A stretch of DNA of 64,000 nt from Schmidtea polychroa. Taxonomy: Eukaryota. The number at the start of each line of letters is the position of its first letter. Positions within the stretch are counted from its first letter, which is position 1. The stretch spans positions 39,248,001 to 39,312,000 of the forward strand of contig CM097885.1 in NCBI GenBank assembly GCA_044892525.1, read 5' to 3'. The notes below the pieces were generated by a model. It was not told the DNA's origin. It saw only the letters and a program-made list of their open reading frames with translations, and ran no database searches. Shown here piece by piece: positions 1 to 8,211 of the stretch. The position numbers and the translations under genes are program-made.

Positions 1-207
1 AGATCAATTTTCTTTAGCTGTTGTCGATTTCCAACTTTTAAGTCAATATTTCTCAAGTTTTGTCACAGATATCCCCACAATGAATAAAATAACTTCTTAA
101 ATAAAATAATTTAAAGCAATAACCTTTGATATCAATCCCAATTAATTCTAAAGATTTCAAATATTTCATTGTCAAAACCAAGTAAATTGATCATTAACCC
201 TAAACGA

Positions 208-525
208 TAAATTGTTAAAATATTTTGAGATTTAGACTAAGTTTTGGGCTCACGAAAAGTAGGACTCCGCCAGTACAGTTAATAATATTTTGAAAAATAA
301 TAATAATTTTTTCATCAATCAGTGTCTGACTAAAAAATTAATAACTTTTATACCACTAGTGATAAAAATTATTTCTATGGCTCAAAAGATTTGTCTTCGT
401 CTGGTCTTCAAAATGAACTATAAATTGTTAAAATATTTTGAGATTTAGACTAAGTTTTGGGCTCACGAAAAGTAGGACTCCGCTAGCACAGTTAATAATA
501 TTTTTGAAAAATAATAATAATTTTT
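208..525. repeat. Direct duplication of ~105 bp (208-311 and 421-525)
   Basis: TAAATTGTTAAAATATTTTGAGATTTAGACTAAGTTTTGGGCTCACGAAAAGTAGGACTCCGC... occurs twice, nearly identical; part of it (AGGACTCCGCTAGCACAGT) recurs inverted at ~657-677. Confidence 0.9.
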
Positions 526-729
526 GATGAGTCATCGGATGAGTCATTGTCTTTGTTCTAGACGAGTGATGAGTCATCGGATGAGTCATTGTCTTTGTTC
601 TAAAGTTGACCTTGAAAAAAAATTTTTAAAAATTTTTTCCGGCGGGGGGGGGGGGTACTGTGCTAGCGGAGTCCTGTTTTAGCGGTGCCCAAACCACCTA
701 CTATAGGCTTAGGACACAGTCCGATCACC

Positions 730-2089
730 ATGGGTGCAAGACTTCCTAGAATAGCAAAAGATGTTGCTTATAAAAAGATTATCGAACAAGCAGACATTGA
801 AAGATTCCTTGAGAATATATCCAAGACTAGTTTACAAACCCCAACAGAATCAGAAATAAAATATGCAAAGGAATTACACCATGAATTTAGAAAAAATAAA
901 AAATATTTAAAAGTTCAAGTACATGAAAAAGATCAAACATGGTCTGCAGATTTAGTCTTTATGCCAACCAAATCATCAGACCCTGAAAAATATAAAATAA
1001 TTTTAACTGTAATAGATTTATATACAAGATTTGCTTTTGCAAGGTGTTTAGAAAATAAAACAGGATATTCTATTACAGAAGCATTTGAAAATATATTTGA
1101 AGAAAATCAAAGAATCCCAAAATATTTATGGTGTGATAAAGGAACAGAATTTTATAACAAAGTTTTTACAAAGTTTTTAAATGAAAATGATATTAAATTA
1201 TATTCAGTGCTCGAAGTGGAACAAAATATGTGCCGGGATAGGCATGCTGTGGTACCCGGGATTCCAGGCTTTTATGCAGAAATTTTCAGTTGGGGGACCG
1301 CACACATTATATATAGAGGGGGTCGCAGTATAAATAACTCAACAAACAACTTGCTGATTTAACTAAAATAAATAAGAGAATATACCTACCTATCCATTAC
1401 TGCTGCTTGGGAAATTCTTAATTGAATAGAGAATAGAGAATAAAGAATATATATATACATACATATATGGATGTACTATGTGTGACCTTAATTGCAGTAT
1501 TTGTGTGCCTATAAAATGAAATAAGTACCGGGATAAACCTATAGATTATATGAAATGAAGTGCCGGGATGCAATTCCGCCTACATAATCAATGCCGGGAT
1601 AATATCCCGGCTATCCCGCCTCACTTCGAGCACTGATTATATTCAACAGAAAACGAAGGAAAAGCAGTCGTAGTTGAAAGATTAAATAGAACATTAAAAA
1701 ATAAAATGTGGAAATATTTTACTGCTATTGGAAAACAAAAATGGAACAATGAATTGTTACAAAAGATTGTAAATGAATATAATAATGATGTACATAGTTC
1801 TATAAAATTAACACCTTTAAATGCTTCCATGAAGCCTGAAACCATTAAAGTGGTAAATATTGAAAATGATGTTATTGAAAAACCAAAGTTTAAAATTGGT
1901 GACCGAGTAAGAATATTTAAATATAAAAATAAATTTGAAAAAGGATTCACAGCAAAATGGACAAATGAAATTTTTATTATAAATAAAATAAATTATACAA
2001 CTCCAATAACATATAGCATCTTTGATTTAAATAATGAAAAAATATTAGGTAGATTTTATAATAATGAACTACAGAAAACAGATTTTTAA
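730..2089 (+). pseudogene. Polinton retroviral-like (rve) integrase, interrupted by a hAT MITE
   Basis: WSADLV, ILTVIDLYTRFAF, LWCDKGTEF, and after removing 1205-1643 the frame continues KLYSTENEGKAVVVERLNRTLKNKMW...FKIGDRVRI...FEKGFTAKWTNEIF; start ATG at 730 uncertain. Confidence 0.93.
1205..1635. mobile_element. hAT-type non-autonomous element (MITE)
   Basis: TIR CAGTGCTCGAAGTG / CACTTCGAGCACTG, 8-bp TSD ATTATATT (1197-1204, 1636-1643), subterminal CCGGGAT repeats. Confidence 0.93.
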
Positions 2090-2100
2090 GTCGACAAGCC

Positions 2101-2892
2101 CTAAAACAAACTTTTCCATATTTCAGCTTCTTCTCTATCCAAAAAAATATAATTATATTTTTCTTTCCAATGATTATCAACAAACATATCAAACATATTC
2201 TTATCAGGTTCAACATTTGAAAATAAATCATTATAAATCATATTCTTATCACGGCGATCTAATTTAAAAAATATAAAACAATTGGAACTATTTCTTATTG
2301 AATTTTTATCTAAAGCATAATATGTTTGAGATATATAAATAACATTACAATTATTATGTCGACCTCGTGTAAAGTAACTCTTTTGAATCTCTTGATTTTT
2401 CATATTAACAACATCATCAAATATAACTAGATTCTTTTTATCTTTAGGAAGTAAATCACAATGTAAAACATCTTCAGGTTTATTAGAGAATAAAACTTGA
2501 ATTGCCTCCTGCCCTTCTTCACAAATATAATCATTTTTATTACTAATATCTGATTCTAAAATCTTTTCCTTATACCAATCAACCATATCACAAGGTTGAA
2601 AAACTTCTTCAGGACACCTATGTTGATTTTTAAAAATATCAATTATTGCTTTTATAGTTAATTTATTTTCAAATCCACATTTCAAAAGTTGTAATTCTGG
2701 TTGATTTATGGTTGTAGAATAAAAGATTAAATTATTATAATCTAAAAAATCATCTTCAAGTAACATTCTCAAAACAAGTACATTCTTTCCACATCCAGAA
2801 GAACCAACAATTAATAATCTAAAATTATCAGGAAATACTTTATTATTGAATTTACTCTTATGTCTATTTAAAATTGGTTTCCAAGTATCCAT
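2101..2892 (-). CDS. Polinton DNA-packaging ATPase (A32/FtsK-like)
   Basis: Walker A GSSGCGKN, Walker B LVIFDD, FTRGRHNNCNVIYISQTYY..IRNSSN. Confidence 0.92.
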   Translation of the reverse strand: MDTWKPILNRHKSKFNNKVFPDNFRLLIVGSSGCGKNVLVLRMLLEDDFLDYNNLIFYSTTINQPELQLLKCGFENKLTIKAIIDIFKNQHRCPEEVFQPCDMVDWYKEKILESDISNKNDYICEEGQEAIQVLFSNKPEDVLHCDLLPKDKKNLVIFDDVVNMKNQEIQKSYFTRGRHNNCNVIYISQTYYALDKNSIRNSSNCFIFFKLDRRDKNMIYNDLFSNVEPDKNMFDMFVDNHWKEKYNYIFLDREEAEIWKSLF

Positions 2893-2908
2893 TTTTATTT
2901 ATTATAAA

Positions 2909-3487
2909 ATGACAACTGAAGAATCTTTGCAAGAATTAATAAATTCAAATAAAAATAAATCAGTAGTAATTGATGGTAAAAAATATTTTATTGGAAAACA
3001 TGTAAAAAAACAAGTTAGAGCGAAGCTCCACGAAGCTAAAGAAGGTGGCATTCTTCCATTAGCTGCTTTAATACCTGCAATCATTGCTGGTTTATCAGGT
3101 GCTGCTGGAATAGCTGGAGGAATTGCAACTACAGTTCAAAAAGCTAAAGAATCTCAAAAGACAGACCTAGAAAAAGAAAAACTACAAACTGAAATCGATT
3201 CAATGAAGAAGGTAGGGCAAGCTAAAGGGGGAGTGTCCGTTGGAAAGGGTCTCTATCTTAATCCATATGAGGGGAGTCGGCAAAAGTCTCAGGGCAAAGG
3301 TCTCTATCTTGATCCTTATAAAGGTAGAGGTTTAAATGATTTTTTAAAAAATCAAATTTCTACATCTGAATCTTTATCTTCAAAAGATAAAGAAGATTTA
3401 AAAAAAATATGTAAATCTTTAAAGAATGGATGCCTTTGTAAAACTAAAAATGGTAAAGGATTATACTTGAAGCCCTTCGAACTATGA
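2909..3487 (+). CDS. Polinton virion core protein, adenovirus pX/mu-like segment plus GKG repeats
   Basis: EGGILPLAALIPAIIAGLSGAAGIAGGIA resembles the adenoviral pre-mu hydrophobic segment; three GKGLYL motifs (candidate protease sites). Confidence 0.7.
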   Translation: MTTEESLQELINSNKNKSVVIDGKKYFIGKHVKKQVRAKLHEAKEGGILPLAALIPAIIAGLSGAAGIAGGIATTVQKAKESQKTDLEKEKLQTEIDSMKKVGQAKGGVSVGKGLYLNPYEGSRQKSQGKGLYLDPYKGRGLNDFLKNQISTSESLSSKDKEDLKKICKSLKNGCLCKTKNGKGLYLKPFEL

Positions 3488-3509
3488 TACCATTTTTGAT
3501 ACCATTAAA

Positions 3510-4391
3510 ATGGTATATGAAGAAAGATTAGCACTTTTAAAAAAATTACAATCAGAACAAGATAAATATAATAAAAAAGATACAACTCAACATGCTGAAT
3601 CTATAATATTAAATGAGGTAATAACACAACAACAGGGGCCAACAATTAAAGCTATAAAAGAGTTGGAAGATTTCAATGAGCAAGCAAAATTTAAAGAGTT
3701 AGAAGATAAAAAACAAAAAATAAAAGAACTAGAGTGGCAGGATAAAGAAAAAGAATCCAGTGAAAACCATCCTGAAAGAAATCAAAGAAAACGCAGAAGA
3801 ATTTCTAATGTGGAAGAAGAAGAAATGTTTTTAAAAACAAAACCTCTTAAAGTTGATCCTAAAATTAGAGATGATTTACCTCCTTCAATTAGACCCACAT
3901 TTAATACTAATACTGAAGGATATCAAATAATAACAATTAATAAACAAAACTTTACTTTATATTCAAATTCAGAAAATAAATCACGTATTCATTCACAAAA
4001 TGTTTATAATAATGAATATTTAGACTTTGAATTTACAGATAATTTTTATAGATTACTTTGTGGATATTCTTCAGATGATGTTGAAGAAATTAAAAAATAT
4101 TTAAATTTAATAAGATTAATAAGAGCTAGTTCTAAAGCAAAATATATTCAAGATTTAAAGAATTATTTAAATAAAAATGAAAAGGGTTATGTTGTTACAG
4201 AGGGAGAGGGATTAATTAGTGAAGGTGGTAAACCAAATCCCATCAATCTTTTTATTGAATTAAGAAAACTATTAGCTGCAAGGAAAGCAGGACATAATAA
4301 TTTAGATTCTGATATTTTAAAGATTTCTAAAGATTTGTTAAAACAAGGAATAATTTCAAAAGATAAATTTAATAAGTATACGAAGTTATAA
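3510..4391 (+). CDS. Polinton uncharacterised protein
   Basis: 293-aa ORF in the co-oriented virion gene block; GEGL motif, C-terminal LAARKAGHNN. Confidence 0.7.
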   Translation: MVYEERLALLKKLQSEQDKYNKKDTTQHAESIILNEVITQQQGPTIKAIKELEDFNEQAKFKELEDKKQKIKELEWQDKEKESSENHPERNQRKRRRISNVEEEEMFLKTKPLKVDPKIRDDLPPSIRPTFNTNTEGYQIITINKQNFTLYSNSENKSRIHSQNVYNNEYLDFEFTDNFYRLLCGYSSDDVEEIKKYLNLIRLIRASSKAKYIQDLKNYLNKNEKGYVVTEGEGLISEGGKPNPINLFIELRKLLAARKAGHNNLDSDILKISKDLLKQGIISKDKFNKYTKL

Positions 4392-4413
4392 ATACGAAGT
4401 TTTAAAATACAAA

Positions 4414-4893
4414 ATGACTCCTTCAATATTAGATTTTTTAAAAACATTTGGAATAAATGCAAAAACAAATTTTGATTTAAAAGATTATGCAAATTATTTA
4501 AATTTAAAAATTAAAATATTAATGAATGATGAATTATCAAGTCTGGAGAGTCCCCTGAATATAATAATCAATTATCAAAATTCAAATGAAAAAGGATCTC
4601 ATTGGGTTTGTATATATAAGAATTTAATTAATAAGAAATCTATCTACTTTGATTCTTTTGGGATTAAACCTACTAAAGAAGTTGAAGATTATCTCTTGAG
4701 GGGTTCTCCGATTGATTCCCCAAATGGTTATACTTTTAACTCTTTACAAGTTCAACCTTTGAATACTAAAATATGTGGTATTTTAAGTTTATATGTTTTG
4801 TATAGATTGAATAAGGGAGAGGGAAAGGGGCATACGCAGGATTTTGAATCTATAATTCAAGAAATTTATAATGATCTAGAATCTCTACTATAA
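4414..4893 (+). CDS. Adenain-like cysteine (maturation) protease
   Basis: IINYQ...GSHWVCI, YFDSFG, QVQ..NTKICG catalytic His/Asp/Cys motifs. Confidence 0.92.
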   Translation: MTPSILDFLKTFGINAKTNFDLKDYANYLNLKIKILMNDELSSLESPLNIIINYQNSNEKGSHWVCIYKNLINKKSIYFDSFGIKPTKEVEDYLLRGSPIDSPNGYTFNSLQVQPLNTKICGILSLYVLYRLNKGEGKGHTQDFESIIQEIYNDLESLL

Positions 4894-4941
4894 GGATTTT
4901 TACTATAAGGATTTTTACTATATGAATTTACTACTAAAGAA

Positions 4942-5898
4942 ATGGAGCTTCACAACCCTCCGGAAGATAATTTAAAAAAAATGGTAAACATAATGTCAGA
5001 TAAATATTCAAGAACTTTATTTATAAATTCAAAAGAATCAGACTTTACTATAAACTTTCAAGATTCAATTAAATTAGATCAAAATTTAAATTATGAATTG
5101 GGGCTATTATGGTTTTGTGCTTATAATACTATTTTTAATATAACTAAAGATAAGTAGTGAGGAATCTATGCACCCCAGCACCCCCACCCTCAAAAAAAAC
5201 AGCGCTATTGACCCATATTTTCCACATTTATATGCTTTTTTACCCCATATTCTTCACTTTTTTTAACTTTTAAACTTTGTCAATAGCGCTGTTTTTTTTG
5301 AGGGTGGGGGTGCTGGGGTGCATAGATTCCTCACTACTAAGATAATAATAAATTTACTATTCAAACTCGTGATGGGCATAAACCAGAAATTATAACAATA
5401 GAACCTGGGGCCTATGAGATAAAAGATTTAAATGATATACTTTCTAAAAAAACAAATGAAGGTATTAAAATTAAAATGGATATACCAACTTCAAAATGTG
5501 TAATGACTTTGAAGAATATAAAAATTAGTTTTTTAGATAATTGTTTCTTTCACACAGTTTTAGGATTTAAACCTATGGATATAACAATAAAAGAAGATAA
5601 AATAATAACATCAGAACATATTATAAAAATAATAAATACAAACACAATAAATATTCATTGCGATTGTATAACAGGTTCTAATAATAATGGTAAACAAATA
5701 AATGTTTTATATTCCTTTCCCTCAAACACAGTTCCTATGGGATATAAAATAGTTGAAAGAATGAATCCTCCAAATTATTTACCTTTATGTAGAAAATATA
5801 TAATGGATATTAATTTTAAAATTCTTAATCAAGAAGGAGAATTGATTGATTTTAATGGAGAAGAGATTTCAATGTATTTACATTTGAAACAGGTTTGA
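4942..5898 (+). pseudogene. Minor capsid (penton-like) protein, interrupted by mini-element
   Basis: Removing 5153-5344 restores YNTIFNITKDNNKF...IEPGAYEIKDLN...VLGF...INIHCDCITGS...ILNQEGELIDFNGEEISMYLHLK; start may be 4942, 4981 or 4993. Confidence 0.85.
5153..5338. mobile_element. 186-bp mini-Polinton (fold-back derivative of the element's own terminus)
   Basis: 60-bp TIRs starting AGTAGTGAGGAATCTATGCACCCC; 6-bp TSD AAGATA (5147-5152, 5339-5344); near-identical to the reverse complement of 12866-12995. Confidence 0.95.
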
Positions 5899-5922
5899 AG
5901 ATTCATTTTAAATTATTAATAA

Positions 5923-6933
5923 ATGAGTTCTTATATTCCATGTAATAGAGGTGGTGGAACAATAAAAACAGGGTTTAATACAGAAGAAATATTAACTTTA
6001 ACAGAAAATAAATATATTAATGAAAGAGGTGATTCAATGAAGGGTGATTTAATTTTAAATGGACACAAGATAAAAGAATTATCTTTTCCAACTGATGAAG
6101 CTGATGCAGTTAATAAGAAATATGTAGATGGTGTTAAAAAATATACTGATTTAACAACAACAAGAATTGAAAGTTCATTAACAACAAAAATTGATTCAAT
6201 GGAATCAAAGCTTAATAATATCGAACAACGATTTAATGATAAATTTGACAAGTTACAAAGTCTGTTAACTGAACAAGTTGTAAAGTTAAATACTGCTATA
6301 TTAAATTCTAAAGATAAACAAATTATGAATACTAAATTTAATGCAATATATAATATAATAAATGAGATGATTACATCATTTAATAAAAGAATTTCAAATT
6401 TAGAGTCTCATGGAACACACATTAACACCACACATAGTATTAGAAAAAGAGCTGCTGAATTAGAACAGAATAAAACATTATTACCCCATACATATAAACA
6501 TTTTATAGAACCAAGTTTAATAACAACAAACAGTAAAGAATGGGGTGTTTTTATGGTTGTAAAAATTATTGATCCTTATTTCTTTTTGTTTGATGATGAT
6601 AATGAAAGAATGAAATGGTTTGTGAAATGTGATTATAATAGTAAGCTTGAAAAGGGTGATGTTCTAATGACTAGTTATGATTTACCACACGGAGATTGGT
6701 ATGTTAATACTCATTCACATGGACTACATAAAGTTAAAAGTAAGAATATTCATTTTTCTAGTTCACTTGTACAATATATAGATTTAATATTTTATGAAAA
6801 AAAGGTTGATGTTGATGAAGTTCGTAAAGCATTGAGAGAATTGTATAAAGACATCCTCTCAACAAGAGTTTCTTTTGATATCCGAGTATTGGTACCAGAT
6901 GGTGCTCAGAAGAATAAAGTCTTATTTTTTTAA
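5923..6933 (+). CDS. Polinton fiber-like / coiled-coil protein
   Basis: GDSMKGDLILNGHKIKEL..PTDEADAVNKKYVD motif followed by heptad region; does not resemble a double jelly-roll MCP by eye. Confidence 0.6.
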   Translation: MSSYIPCNRGGGTIKTGFNTEEILTLTENKYINERGDSMKGDLILNGHKIKELSFPTDEADAVNKKYVDGVKKYTDLTTTRIESSLTTKIDSMESKLNNIEQRFNDKFDKLQSLLTEQVVKLNTAILNSKDKQIMNTKFNAIYNIINEMITSFNKRISNLESHGTHINTTHSIRKRAAELEQNKTLLPHTYKHFIEPSLITTNSKEWGVFMVVKIIDPYFFLFDDDNERMKWFVKCDYNSKLEKGDVLMTSYDLPHGDWYVNTHSHGLHKVKSKNIHFSSSLVQYIDLIFYEKKVDVDEVRKALRELYKDILSTRVSFDIRVLVPDGAQKNKVLFF

Positions 6934-6941
6934 TTATTAAA

Positions 6942-7538
6942 ATGGAAGAAGTAAGAGAAGAAAAAATTTACCCAGAATTGAGATCATCAGGATATTATTC
7001 TTCCAAGGCCTCGGCTCCCACAGAACTTGAAATTATGAGAGTAAAAGAATTTAAATCAGAAACCTTACATTTACAAGATTTATTAAAGCATTATAAAAAA
7101 ATTAAAAATAGATGGAATAAAGGGAATACAGTTTTAAAAGTTATAGGTTATTCTTTAGGATTTGCATCTGCAATATTAACAGTTATTTTACCCATAACTT
7201 TACCAGTTGTTACTCTTGCACCTGTAATACTTGGAAGTATTTCTGTGGCTGATGGTTTCTTAACTGAAATAGTTTCATTATCTTATACTTCTAAAAAGAA
7301 AAGTTTATATAGAGAAGTTTGTTTATCAATAGAATTAGGAATCTCTAAATTATTTTTATTTCAATTAAAAGCTTTGGAAGATGGAATCCTGACAGACGAA
7401 GAAATAATGAAATCAAATCAAATAATACAAGATATAAAGAATGAGGTTATAAGATTAAAAAGGGAGGGCATGGTGGCTAATGTTATAAGTAATAAAAAAA
7501 CATCTCGAGAAAAATGGTTAAAGAATTCTTACTTATAA
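6942..7538 (+). CDS. Polinton membrane-associated protein
   Basis: N-terminal IYPEL...ASAP motif, long hydrophobic stretch VIGYSLGFASAILTVILPITLPVVTLAPVILGSISVA, LEDGILTDEE. Confidence 0.7.
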   Translation: MEEVREEKIYPELRSSGYYSSKASAPTELEIMRVKEFKSETLHLQDLLKHYKKIKNRWNKGNTVLKVIGYSLGFASAILTVILPITLPVVTLAPVILGSISVADGFLTEIVSLSYTSKKKSLYREVCLSIELGISKLFLFQLKALEDGILTDEEIMKSNQIIQDIKNEVIRLKREGMVANVISNKKTSREKWLKNSYL

Positions 7539-7632
7539 AATGGGTGTATTTTTAAAAAAGTAGATCAGGTTGCTATAGTTGCTTAAATTAATTGTCGACA
7601 TTTTATTATTAAAAAATTAAATATCGTTGGTT

Positions 7633-8187
7633 TCAGTTATGGTTGAAAGCCAACCTATGAATCATTAATTTATGATCTTTAAATTCTTTATCACTTAGAC
7701 CTTTTATATATTCAGGATCAGTATTAAAATATTTAAGTTCTAAACATATAGGATTAAAAACTTGAGAATATAAAGGTTTCTCGATTTCTCTCTCGGGATA
7801 AATAATTTCAACATTATAAATATCAAGATCAGTAATCTTTGTATCATATAACTTATTCAACTTTTCTAGATTTTTTATTATAGGGATTAAATTATTTCCA
7901 ATAGGTAGAGTTGTCTTTAAATCACTTAGTATGAATCTCTTATCATCATAATTTGATAATGATATTTTTTGAGATTCTATCAAGTGAATATCATGGTTTT
8001 CACTTTTAAGTTGATGTATTTCATCAATTTTATCTTTATGATTTGGATTCAATGTATCTATATAATCTTGATGAGAAAGATTCTTTGCAACCACTCTCTG
8101 TATTCCTTTACATCTGTTATCCTTTAAATTAGTAATATTTTTTATAATTTCAAAAATGTTATTTTCTTGATTTTTAGTTTCCATCAT
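7633..8187 (-). CDS. Stand-alone paralog of the pPolB C-terminal region
   Basis: CKGIQRVV...SHQDY...LKSENH...YDDKRFILSDLKTTLPIGN aligns along its length with the pPolB tail at 8212-8720; has own ATG and intact frame. Confidence 0.85.
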   Translation of the reverse strand: MMETKNQENNIFEIIKNITNLKDNRCKGIQRVVAKNLSHQDYIDTLNPNHKDKIDEIHQLKSENHDIHLIESQKISLSNYDDKRFILSDLKTTLPIGNNLIPIIKNLEKLNKLYDTKITDLDIYNVEIIYPEREIEKPLYSQVFNPICLELKYFNTDPEYIKGLSDKEFKDHKLMIHRLAFNHN

Positions 8188-8211
8188 TTTATAGTGTTAA
8201 AATTCTAATTC

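Noticed and set aside
527..602. CRISPR-like repeat array
   Set aside because: Only two units, no unique spacers, eukaryotic context
685..729. GTG-initiated N-terminal extension of the integrase
   Set aside because: Lies in flanking repeat-like sequence; no integrase similarity
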